From assembly GCA_964419615.1 (NCBI GenBank), contig CAYQPU010000001.1, positions 7,857-71,856 on the forward strand: DNA of 64,000 nucleotides, in the 5' to 3' direction. Origin of the DNA: an uncultured Methanosarcinales archaeon. GTDB lineage: Archaea; Nanobdellota; Nanobdellia; Woesearchaeales; JAGVZT01. This document shows, one piece after another, positions 1 through 10,438 of the stretch (positions within the stretch are counted from its first letter, which is position 1; the number at the start of each line of letters is the position of its first letter). The notes under the pieces were generated by a model. It made no database searches and had not been told where the DNA came from. It worked only from the letters and a program-made list of their open reading frames with translations. The translations under genes were made by a program, and so were the position numbers.

Positions 1-736
<736 letters not shown>

Positions 737-878
737 TTTTTATTTAAGCAGGGACTCACAAATATCTCTTATACCACAAACTATATAAGAAACATATAGT
801 TTAAACATATCACTTCTATCCCGCAGCGGGGGACAAGCGCTGATTTTCATGTGATAATCATAATATTATCATGTTCAT

Positions 879-1004
879 GGGCCCGTAGCTCAGTTGGTAG
901 AGCGTCGCCCTTGCATAGGGAGATTCTTCCAAAAGACAGGCGGAGGCCTCGGGTTCGAAAACGGGATCCAATTATGGAACCGGGTGAAAGCCCCGACGGG
1001 TCCA
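879..1004 (+). tRNA. tRNA-Ala (anticodon TGC) with two introns (one after anticodon position 37, one in the T-loop)
   Basis: GGGCCCG acceptor 5' arm / CGGGTCC 3' arm plus discriminator A; D-arm GCTCAGTTGGTAGAGC; anticodon loop CTTGCA; removal of about 22 nt (tagggagattcttccaaaagac) and about 32 nt (acgggatccaattatggaaccgggtgaaagcc) restores anticodon and T stems; sits in 16S-23S spacer as is typical for archaea. Confidence 0.7.
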
Positions 1005-2247
1005 TTTTCGATTACAGAAAATGACCCTCCGAACGAAAGTGAGGTTGGGTCAATTTCATATTCAATCACAATCATTTAATCAAAATGGTTTGGTTATCAG
1101 CAGAATACCAAACCTTCGGCTAAAACATCATGTTAATGCGGCCATGCATAAGTTGGAAAGGCTAAGCTATTAGGTGGATGACTCGGCTCAAGAGCTGATG
1201 AAGGGCGTGACAAGCTACGATATGCTTTGGCGAGCCGCATGTAGGCATTGAACCAAAGATACCTCAATCAGACTTCTGCTTGAATCAGTAATGATGGGAA
1301 ACGCAGGGAATTGAAACATCTTAGTACCTGCAGGAAAAGAAATTAATAAAGATGCTGCTAGTAACAGCGAGTGAAAGCAGCTTAAGGCAAACTGAATCCC
1401 TTTTTGAAAGAGAAGGGAGATGTGGTGTTATAAGACTACCTTTAAGCCCTATTCTGGCAACCTAAACTCTCCTGGAAAGGAGGACCATAGAGTGTGATAG
1501 TCACGTAAGGGTAACTGGGATGGGCCATGGTATGTTCTTGAGTACCTTTCGCTGGAAACCGAGAGGGAATTTGGGAGGCATCAACTTCCAACCTTAAATA
1601 CTACTTGAGTCCGATAGCAAACAAGTACTGTGAAGGAAAGTTGAAAAGAACCCCTAACAGGGAGTTAAAAGAACCTGAAACCTAATAGCGATCGTGTGGT
1701 ACCGCTCTACGGAGTTGTACCGTTCGTTTCGAATAACGTGCCAGGGAGTGTATTTGTGTGGCAAGGATAATCTAAAAGAGGATCCAAAGCGAAAGCAACA
1801 AACCCGCAGCTTGCGAGGGGTGGGGTGTGAAAGCGCCCATAGTCACATGGATACGATCTGAAGCTGGGCGATCTACGCTTGGGCAAGGTGAAGCCAGAGT
1901 AAAATTTGGTGGAGGCCTGAAAAGGTTCTATGGACAAGTGTTCTTCTGATCTGAGTGTAGGGGTAAAATGCTAATCGAGCCCAGCAATAGCAGGTTCCTG
2001 CCAAAGTTGGCTGTAGTCAAATCTCGGTGGAGATGGCTGAGGAGGTAGAGATACGGATTGAGAGTTTAGGCGTGGAGACACGTCGGCACTCTGTCCAACT
2101 CCGAATGCTTCAGCATCATAGATGCCGGGGGACGGGGGCGTGGGGTAAGCCCATGTCCCGAGAGGGGAACAACCCAGACTATAGTTAAGGTCCCAAAGTA
2201 CTAGTTAAGTGTTAAAGGCTAAAGAGTGTTCATTTCCCAAGACAGCG

Positions 2248-2280
<33 letters not shown>

Positions 2281-3108
2281 AAGTGCGTAACAGCTTACTC
2301 GTCAAGGAAGTGGGCCTCGAAAATGGACGGGGCTAAACTAGTCACCGATACTATAGAGTTTTGTAAAAAATTTGGTAGGCAGGCGTTCTGTTTGGATAGA
2401 AGTGTGTCTGCGAAGATGCATGGACCGGATAGAAATGAGGATCCTGGCGGTAGTAGGATCTGAGCAGCTTGAGAATAGCTGCCACCGTAAGGGCAAGGGT
2501 TCCTTGACAATGCAAATCAGTCAAGGGTAAGTTGGTCCTAACTGACTTCATAACTAGAAGTAATGAGGAAAGGGAAACAGGTTAATATTCCTGTACTATT
2601 TAGGTATCCGGCGACGAAAGCCTTGTTTCTGACGCTTTTGGGTAAGTTATCACTGTTTGTCTGCAGTGTTAACCAGCATAAATCTGTGGAGTATCTTAAT
2701 GATGAGAAACAGATTAAAGCTGGGATGAGCATCCTTCTGGGATGTATAGCTGATCCCTGGAGCCCGTGAAAAAGGAACAAGGATAAATTCTAAATAACCA
2801 TACCCAGAACCGACACAGGTGCCCCTAGGTGAGAAGCCTAAGGTGTGAAGGGACAATCCAATTAAGGGAAATCGGCAAATTAGCCCCGTGTCTTCGGTGG
2901 AAGGGGTCCCTGCGATTGTGTTCGTATGAATGCGATTACAGGGCGCAGTGACAAGGGGGGTCCGACTGTTTAACAAAAACATAGCCAACTGCCAACCCGT
3001 AAGGGCTAGTATAGTTGGTGACGTCTGCCCACTACCAGTACTTTAAACTCCTTTACAAGGGAGCGAAGAGCTGGCAAAGGGCGGGAGTAACTATAACTCT
3101 CTTAAGGT

Positions 3109-3830
3109 GAAAATCGTTGCCTTATCAAAATCTAGCTATATGCTCGAATATCTGGTGTATCTCATGCTACCAGTGGACATATGTGCGTAAGACTTTTTAA
3201 GTTTGATCACATATGAAGACTGGTGAAAATGCAATGAGTGCAGACAACGAGCAGGAAAGGCTAAATACAGATTGGGTTGTTGGATTCGTTGATGGTGAAG
3301 GATGCTTTCATGTTTCAATTAATAAAATTTCAAAGATGTCTTTGGGATGGCAAGTTCTTCCAGAATTTCGTGTTGTTCAACATGAAAAAGAAGTGAAGAT
3401 TTTGTTACAATTACAAAGGTTTTTTGGAATGGGAATTGTTGTTAAAAATCATGGAAGCAGAAAAGAGCTAAGAATAAGAGGTCATAGTACTCTTAAAGAA
3501 TTAGTTCGATTCTTCAATAAAAATCCACTGAGAACATCAAAACAAAAAGATTTTGAGATATTTGCTCAAATAATCAGTTTGATGGATCAAGGGAAGCATC
3601 TCACAAGAGATGGTTTGAAGAAAATTTCAATTCTTCGGTCAAAAATGAACCGACAAGTTAAACCAAAGTATTTAGAATCCCCAGAGACTATACGCTAGAC
3701 ACATAATATTGTGTGAAGACATAGTCCGACCCACTAGGCGACTAGTGGAGGTGTGCAGAAATGTGCATCCACCATCATCAAGATGGTCAAAACCCTAACT
3801 GTATTTTATGGGTTTAAAGTAACAGATGTG
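3109..3830 (+). mobile_element. 23S rRNA intron carrying a homing-endonuclease ORF, inserted between CTCTTAAGGT and AGCGAAAT(A/T)CCTTGTCG
   Basis: Conserved 23S sequence is colinear with E. coli/archaeal 23S on both sides of a ~720-bp insert; the insert contains a LAGLIDADG ORF. Confidence 0.7.
3213..3698 (+). CDS. LAGLIDADG homing endonuclease (single-motif, I-CreI-like), intron-encoded
   Basis: Motif VVGFVDGEGCF followed by a basic/aromatic pattern (QLQRFF, KN...KQKDFE) typical of single-motif LAGLIDADG enzymes; located inside the 23S intron. Confidence 0.8.
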   Translation: MKTGENAMSADNEQERLNTDWVVGFVDGEGCFHVSINKISKMSLGWQVLPEFRVVQHEKEVKILLQLQRFFGMGIVVKNHGSRKELRIRGHSTLKELVRFFNKNPLRTSKQKDFEIFAQIISLMDQGKHLTRDGLKKISILRSKMNRQVKPKYLESPETIR

Positions 3831-4795
3831 AGCGAAATACCTTGTCGTTTGAATGACGACGTGCATGAATGACGTAACGAGATCCCCACTGTCCCTAATT
3901 GGAACCCTCTGAACACTCTATTCTGGTGCAGAAGCCAGAGATTTCCAGTGGGAAGTGAAGACCCCGTGAAACTTTACTGTAGCCTGTTGCTGTGATGCGG
4001 ATGTTGTTGTATAGTGTAGGTGGGAGTTGCTAAAACTTGAGTCGAAAGACGAGAGATCAGACGACAATGTAACACCACTCTTCATAATTTGCATTGCTTA
4101 CTCGAAAGAGGACACCAATTGGCAGACAGTTTGGCTGGGGTGGCACGCTGCTGAAATAATATCAGCAGCGCCCAAAGGTTGACTCAACGCGGTCGGAAAT
4201 CGCGTGTGGAGTGCAAGGGCATAAGTCAGCCTGAATGGATTCTCACTAAGACAGATTCCAGCAAAGAAATTTTGGCCTAGCGAACCTCTATGTCCTCCTT
4301 GATGGGGGCTAGAGATGACCGAAAAGTTACTCCGGGGATAACAGAGTTGTCTCCCCCGAGCGTTCACAGTTGCTTGCGGCTATTGGTCGCAAGCGACCGA
4401 ACAGAGCGACGGGGAGGCTTGCTACATCGATGTCGGCTCTTCCTATCCTGGTGGTGCAGAAGCCACCAAGGGTGGGGGTGTTCACCCATTAAAAGGGATC
4501 GTGAGCTGGGTTCACAACGTTGCGAGACAGTTGGTTTAATATCTACTGGAAATGTAAAATGTCTGAGAGGAAGGATGTCAAAGTACGAGAGGAACTGGCA
4601 TTCGAGGCCTCTGGTCTACCGGTTGTCTGACAAGGCAGGCCGGGCAGCTACGCCTTAGAGGATAAGAGCTGAAAGCATCTAAGCTCGAAACCTCCCCCGA
4701 AAATAGACATTTATAGAACTCCTGCAGAACACAGGTTTGATGGAGCTGGGGTGTAAGTACCAAGGTAACGAGGTATTCAGCCCGCAGCCACCAAA

Positions 4796-4903
4796 AGTTC
4801 TTACTCAACTATGCATGGTTTTTTCATTTTTTTTTCTATTTCATTTCAACATAAACAATATTGGTATAGTGTAAGCTATGTTGTTATGATTAGTACAATA
4901 ATT
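4796..4903 (+). repeat. Direct repeat copy 1: 23S 3' terminus (agttcttactcaactatgcatgg) plus about 85 bp of trailer
   Basis: Imperfect direct repeat (roughly 80 percent identity by eye) with 5888-5986; both contain agttcttactcaactatgcatgg, ataaaca(t/a)tattg and agctatgttgt-attattagtacaa. Confidence 0.75.
4819..4837 (+). terminator. T-tracts (TTTTTTcaTTTTTTTTT) immediately after the 23S 3' end; probable rRNA operon terminator
   Basis: Archaeal termination occurs at oligo-T; located directly after helix-1 closing strand. Confidence 0.35.
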
Positions 4904-4954
4904 CCAATTGGAACTAAAATTAAATTATATGCAAAAAATAAAAAATTAGAATTG

Positions 4955-5788
4955 TTATCTTAGTTTTTTCTTCTCTTTTTTCTTTGGTAAAAAGTTTTCT
5001 TTAGAAATAGTTGATTTTCCTAAACGTTTTTCAACGCTTTTTCTTGCGTCATTTGCAGCTTCTCCACCTTCTTTAGCAGAATCTTTGCATTCACCAAATC
5101 CTTGAGAATTTCTATCTTTTGTAATTTCAGTAGTTGTCTTTTCTCCAAGCATAGTAAATATTAACTCTAAATCAGTCATATGATCCCTTAAATTTTGGTT
5201 TTTCTTTTGTAGTCGCTTGAATTCTTTATACTCTCCCACTGTTTTTCCAAATGTTGCTTTACTAATCTCATTTGTTAATATTGCAAATTCTTTTTCTGTT
5301 TTGATATCCCTATTTTCCCATTCGTCAGTCAATTCTTGTCTTACAGAAATTCCTCTTAGTCTTTTGTCAATCCACTCTTTAGGATAACCTTTGAGTTCAT
5401 AGTATTCTTTTATTCTATTTTGTCCAATTTCTGGATTTTCAATTTCTTCAATTCTTTCATATCCTACTTGTGCTAACCATTGTTTGAATGGTTCTGCTTT
5501 CGGAGAGGGTATTGCTTGTATTAGTCGAAAAATCTCTTTAGTGTTTCCTACATCTGTTAGTCGCATTTTACCATCAGGAGCAGACATTTTCAAAGCGTTA
5601 CAATTTGTAACGGTTTCATTTCCTTCATCTTTTAATCTTTTTTTGAGAACTCTCCAATAAATTTGAGGGTTATCACTTTCAGTTAAAACAGCTATGATGT
5701 CAACTATAGAGAAATACCATTCATCATTATTCCAGATTCGTCTTATTTTCTTGTCTTGAAAGACAACAAGTTTATTATTTTCTTCCAT
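4955..5788 (-). CDS. Bro-N domain / DinD-like (DNA-damage-inducible protein D family) protein, MGE-associated
   Basis: N-terminal Bro-N-like block (VVFQDKKIRRIWNNDEWYFSIVDIIAVL); C-terminal block KKNQNLRDHMTDLELIFTML resembles the DinD family; K-rich tail. Confidence 0.55.
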   Translation of the reverse strand: MEENNKLVVFQDKKIRRIWNNDEWYFSIVDIIAVLTESDNPQIYWRVLKKRLKDEGNETVTNCNALKMSAPDGKMRLTDVGNTKEIFRLIQAIPSPKAEPFKQWLAQVGYERIEEIENPEIGQNRIKEYYELKGYPKEWIDKRLRGISVRQELTDEWENRDIKTEKEFAILTNEISKATFGKTVGEYKEFKRLQKKNQNLRDHMTDLELIFTMLGEKTTTEITKDRNSQGFGECKDSAKEGGEAANDARKSVEKRLGKSTISKENFLPKKKEKKKLR

Positions 5789-5887
5789 TTATAAAGGAAT
5801 AAATTATTTATCTTTAAATACTCTACGTCAAAATGTCCAGTGGATAAACAAAACAACTAGAATCAACCGCAAAGGCCAGTTCCTAAC

Positions 5888-5986
5888 AGTTCTTACTCAA
5901 CTATGCATGGCTTTTTATTTTTTATTAATTTTCTACATAAACATTATTGACATAATGAGAGCTATGTTGTCATTATTAGTACAACA
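5888..5986 (+). repeat. Direct repeat copy 2 (duplicate of 23S 3' terminus plus trailer)
   Basis: See copy 1; the two copies bracket the DinD-like gene. Confidence 0.75.
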
Positions 5987-6083
5987 AAGATTATTATCTT
6001 AGAAGGAATTTATGTAATTAAAAATCAAAATTGTCAGAATTAATATAAATAGAATTTAATTCCCATAATTAAGGGGTTATTGA

Positions 6084-6803
6084 ATGAACAATAAAAAGGA
6101 AAGGCCATTTACAGAAATACTGTCAGAGATTGCAGAATATGAAGATGGAAATGTACTGCTGGCAGAGATACTTCAAGAGATCGGTAAGCATGATAATCAA
6201 AGAGTACTCAAAAAAATAGGCTTAAAAAATTGGTTCAAAGATCCTAAGAAATCCTATAAAGCATATTTTACCAGTCAGGATCAGTTAAAGGGGGATGTGG
6301 AAAAACTGTTAGTGGCCAATTCATCTATTGATAAAGTGTGCGAAGATCTGGAAGGATTGGAACATGAAGAACACTTCAAATACGGGAGTGTTAAGACCAC
6401 TTTTCCAGGTAGAATACTTATTCCCAATATTGGATGGATACCAGTTAATAGCGAGGCACATATTATACTAAGTAAAAGCTATAGAGAATGGTCAGAAAAA
6501 CCTATTGATATTGATGAACTTAAATTTGAATTAAATCCTTCTCAACTTTATGAAAAGATTGCTCAACATAGATTTAGTATGGGTTCGTGGATTGATGATC
6601 CGGGTTATGAAAGCGAATTACTTGATACAGTTGAAAGTGCATTGAAGTTAGATTATTTGCTTTTAGTGGATGAATATAAAGGTAAGCTTAGTAAACAAGT
6701 AGAAAAGTCTATCAGAATATATGATGTATATGCTTCAGATATGAAAATAACACAAGGTGGGAGATTGGTAAATTTAACCTCTAAATTTGTTGATTCTACA
6801 TAA
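6084..6803 (+). CDS. Hypothetical protein (orphan A), no recognisable domain
   Basis: 239-aa ORF with good coding appearance; first of three co-directional orphan genes. Confidence 0.5.
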   Translation: MNNKKERPFTEILSEIAEYEDGNVLLAEILQEIGKHDNQRVLKKIGLKNWFKDPKKSYKAYFTSQDQLKGDVEKLLVANSSIDKVCEDLEGLEHEEHFKYGSVKTTFPGRILIPNIGWIPVNSEAHIILSKSYREWSEKPIDIDELKFELNPSQLYEKIAQHRFSMGSWIDDPGYESELLDTVESALKLDYLLLVDEYKGKLSKQVEKSIRIYDVYASDMKITQGGRLVNLTSKFVDST

Positions 6804-6942
6804 AAATGCAATCAAGAAGATGATGTTGTTATGTTCTCTACAACAAAAGTTTATATACTAGTTACCACTCTTAAATAACAAATAATCGAAAGATTTATAT
6901 AGATGTAAATAAATCTTTAATGTAACAATTGGGGGTATTAGA

Positions 6943-7686
6943 ATGGGAAGAAATTTATCAAAAGATGTTTCAGATTTATTTAAAAATATGGTTTTAGCTG
7001 AGCAAACAGCTTTAAGTTTAGGATCTGAAGAAATAATAGAAATATTTGGTTATGGAACGGTTAGAGATATTGTTAAGCCTAATATTCCAGCATCATTTGT
7101 TGGCGCAGCATGGGATTATAATACAGAAAAAGTAGTAAGTTTTTCAGCAGAAAAAATGTTCAACTATGGTGGAGCTGCAGGAGCAATAACTCCTGGAAAT
7201 GAAATTCCTAATGAAACTGTTTTTGCAATGAAAACTGAAGCTGAAAGAACTGCAAGAAATAAAGCAGTAAGTGATTATGGTGATTTAATTGATGAAAAAG
7301 CACAGGAGGCAAAAGAATTTGCAAAAAGGATTACTGATGCTCAAGATTACTATGAATCTCCTCCAGAAGATGCAGATTATCAAACAATGCATGCAAATCT
7401 AGATTTTTTAATTAATGAATGTGGTACAACTTTTAGAACTCGCCCAGACACAACATACAGACAATTACAATTTGTTGTTAATAGAATTGAATCGCACATA
7501 GGATTATTCACTGAGAACCATCTATCTGAAATTCAAGATGAATTAGAACAATTAAGAGGACTTAAAAAATTCATAAAAGACAAAAAATATTTGGGTAGAG
7601 AAAAACAGTTTGAAAATACATTAGATCCTGAGGCTGTTGCTACAGTTAGGATGTATGAAATTGAACAAAGCAAGCAAAGTGAATAA
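6943..7686 (+). CDS. Hypothetical protein (orphan B)
   Basis: 247-aa ORF; 4-bp gap to next gene (operon-like). Confidence 0.55.
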   Translation: MGRNLSKDVSDLFKNMVLAEQTALSLGSEEIIEIFGYGTVRDIVKPNIPASFVGAAWDYNTEKVVSFSAEKMFNYGGAAGAITPGNEIPNETVFAMKTEAERTARNKAVSDYGDLIDEKAQEAKEFAKRITDAQDYYESPPEDADYQTMHANLDFLINECGTTFRTRPDTTYRQLQFVVNRIESHIGLFTENHLSEIQDELEQLRGLKKFIKDKKYLGREKQFENTLDPEAVATVRMYEIEQSKQSE

Positions 7687-7689
7687 AAG

Positions 7690-8778
7690 ATGAACAAAAA
7701 ACAAAAAAGAGTTGAGGATTTTGTAGTTGGAGTAAGTGATTGTGTTAAACAGCTTAATGCAATTGAACATCAACCAGAAATTAACCTTTGGCCTGTTTTT
7801 AATTTTGGTTTCGATTCTTATGTTTTCTATTTGTTCGTTGAACAGGGATTTTTAGGAAAGTATCACCACAATATGAATAGTAGACATCAATTTGAACAAG
7901 CAAGAAGAGATGCTGAAGATAGAGCTATTGGAGCAGATGATGAACTTGCCACTTTGTATAATGGTGTGAGACAGACTGCCTTTGAAGGGGACGACTTTGA
8001 AACTTTAACAGGTCTACTTGGACAATTAAAAGTTAAAGAAAATAGAGGTGACATTGGTTTTACTTGTCATCTGAACTTAGAAGAATTATACAGTGAAGCA
8101 GAGTTAACATTGGAAATTGCTGAAAGTTTAAGAGATCAAGGTAATATTGAAGCAAGATTTTTGGTTGATAGATTAGAAAACTTGCTTTCAAAAGACAAAA
8201 TTGGTGGTGCAAGAGGTCTCCCAGCAGACTATGTTGACCAAATGAGTATTGATTCGATTGCTAGAATCATGTTTAATGGTGATGCTCCAAGAAAAGTTCC
8301 AAAGTTCAAAGTGCCAAAAAGAAGTGGGGATATGTATGTTATTAAAACTGCTTTAGGTTTGAATGATATTGGAAGATTAACTAATGAATATGCTAAGGTT
8401 GGTGCATGTGAAAAATTCGAAATTTCCCCTGAACAAGCTGCAAGAGAAACTGTTGAACTGTTAGATGAACTTTGTATTACTTCAGGCGCAGTTGTCGATG
8501 CTGTTATGGGTTATATAAAGAATTTGAGTGAACCGAGTGGTCCTTATTCAAAAAAAGAGAGAGGATTTACAAGAGGAAGATGGGCTCATCCAAGACCTGG
8601 TATTGAAACAACATGCTACTGTGTTAAAGATATGCTGAAAGAATGTGCTGCTTTTGATAATAAAACAACAGTAGATAATATTAGAAGAGAATCTCTAAAA
8701 GTGTATGCTAATTCAAGAGGAAAACACCTCCAAATTAGACATGTTACTGGACTTGAATATGTTCCTGTTGTTATCTGA
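7690..8778 (+). CDS. Hypothetical protein (orphan C)
   Basis: 362-aa ORF tightly coupled to orphan B; converges on and overlaps the membrane operon end by 8 nt. Confidence 0.55.
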   Translation: MNKKQKRVEDFVVGVSDCVKQLNAIEHQPEINLWPVFNFGFDSYVFYLFVEQGFLGKYHHNMNSRHQFEQARRDAEDRAIGADDELATLYNGVRQTAFEGDDFETLTGLLGQLKVKENRGDIGFTCHLNLEELYSEAELTLEIAESLRDQGNIEARFLVDRLENLLSKDKIGGARGLPADYVDQMSIDSIARIMFNGDAPRKVPKFKVPKRSGDMYVIKTALGLNDIGRLTNEYAKVGACEKFEISPEQAARETVELLDELCITSGAVVDAVMGYIKNLSEPSGPYSKKERGFTRGRWAHPRPGIETTCYCVKDMLKECAAFDNKTTVDNIRRESLKVYANSRGKHLQIRHVTGLEYVPVVI

Positions 8779-10426
8779 TAGCAGTTTGTAGTTCTCTTCT
8801 CGCTTGCTTATAGAGATTTTCGTGACTACTTAATTCATTTCTTTGTTCCTGCAATTTCATTAAACGGCCATCATCTCTTTCTAAGTTTCTAACCATCCTC
8901 AAGCATTTATTGATCTTTTCTCTCACATCACTTAAGATTGTCACTCTTGGACTTCTCCAGTATCCTTCCAATTCTCCCTTTATACCATCAAACTCATTTT
9001 GTTCTTGCTGAAGATTTTTATATTCATCTTTTAAATTCCAAGAACATCTTCCAGTAATCCCATCTGAATCTGTTATCTCTGCTTTAAGGTCCTTTAAGGA
9101 AGCCTTATAATGGTCTAGATGATCTTTTAATGTCTTATGGTGGCCTCTTGCAGTATTCTTTTCAGCTCCGTCTGTCATCCTGTCAACTTGCTGGCTCAAT
9201 TGATTTGCTTCATTTAGCAAGGTTTGATATTTTTTATCTTCCATAACTTCTTTCTTTGAGATCTTAATCACATCTACAACAATTTCCAGACTCTTTTTAA
9301 TTTCCTTAGATATAACACTTACTCTTCCAATAATTGTCTTAATAAGAGCATGTCTTTTTGGAATACTCTTTGCTCTCTCACCTTCACTAACAGTTACTCC
9401 CAATTCCTGATCTATCTGCTCAAGTTTTGTTACTGCTGCTTCAAGCTTTACAAGATCCTGCTCCATGTGTTCATTGCTTCTATGCAAGCTTGACTTTAGT
9501 TGAGTATTTTGTGTAGCGTATTTATGTTTCTTTTCTCGAAACTCCTCAACTTCTTTATCCTTGGTGGTCATATTGCTCCACCATTCTCTTAGTTTTCCAC
9601 CAGCTTCCATTGTTGGGTCTGCTTCTGCTGCTCCTTTCCATGCACCACCTATACCTTTTACTGTATATCCAAGTGTCATCAACATAAGTATTCCTTCCAT
9701 AACACTAAAGATTACCATATAAGGTCCAGTTATATCTGGAGCCGGAGGTGCTGCAGATACTGCAAAAGCACAAACTATTGTTGAAAATAATACCATTGAT
9801 AGAATTGATTTCTTTTTCCTTTTGTTAAAAATTAATCCAAAAGGTAAAAAAACAGGATATGGTTTTAAGTAAGTTGCCAAATTATTTACAGCAGTAGCAA
9901 ATTGAGCTTTTGTACTTCCCACTATTAACAAAGTGATTAGACTTAATCCAGCTTTGATCCAATTATTTCTCGGTGTACTTGGTAATCGAAAAATGAGAAT
10001 CAACATTACTACAACTACTAATGACATCATAATAAAAATAAGACCTGTTATCCAATTCCCGAATAAGGCATAGAAAAATCTTGGCTGAAAATTCATAAGA
10101 ACTGCTATCATTGCTGTTAAAGCACCACAAACCATCATCCTAATTCTTAGAGGAATTGGTACCAAACCAGTTAATCCATATAAAATTGCGAATACGATAA
10201 TTGCAGAAAAAGCAATTAATATCCCAAAAGCCCTTGCTGGTGAACCAAATAATGGTAGTGAGAATATTTGTTCAACAAACCCAAAAGCATCAGCCACTAA
10301 TTTTACCAACTCTTGAAATTGGTTTCCTGCTGGAGCTCTTCTTGGTTGAGCATACACCATAGTAAAACCCAATAATAATATTAACACAATCATCAATCCA
10401 ATTTTTGTTCTCTTTTTCATTTTCAT
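8771..10426 (-). CDS. Polytopic membrane protein with about 300-aa C-terminal coiled-coil region; N-terminal module paralogous to 11479-12105 product
   Basis: Signal peptide ending VYAQ, then shared block NQFQ(E/D)L..L..(A/V)F.F...(I/M).LP(L/M)F..P..AFG, several TM helices, then heptad-rich charged C-terminus. Confidence 0.6.
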   Translation of the reverse strand: MKMKKRTKIGLMIVLILLLGFTMVYAQPRRAPAGNQFQELVKLVADAFGFVEQIFSLPLFGSPARAFGILIAFSAIIVFAILYGLTGLVPIPLRIRMMVCGALTAMIAVLMNFQPRFFYALFGNWITGLIFIMMSLVVVVMLILIFRLPSTPRNNWIKAGLSLITLLIVGSTKAQFATAVNNLATYLKPYPVFLPFGLIFNKRKKKSILSMVLFSTIVCAFAVSAAPPAPDITGPYMVIFSVMEGILMLMTLGYTVKGIGGAWKGAAEADPTMEAGGKLREWWSNMTTKDKEVEEFREKKHKYATQNTQLKSSLHRSNEHMEQDLVKLEAAVTKLEQIDQELGVTVSEGERAKSIPKRHALIKTIIGRVSVISKEIKKSLEIVVDVIKISKKEVMEDKKYQTLLNEANQLSQQVDRMTDGAEKNTARGHHKTLKDHLDHYKASLKDLKAEITDSDGITGRCSWNLKDEYKNLQQEQNEFDGIKGELEGYWRSPRVTILSDVREKINKCLRMVRNLERDDGRLMKLQEQRNELSSHENLYKQARRELQTAIR

Positions 10427-10438
10427 ACCTCTTATTGT

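Noticed and set aside
4838-4954. Possible 5S rRNA downstream of 23S
   Set aside because: Region is AT-rich and low complexity with no 5S-like GC-rich helices.
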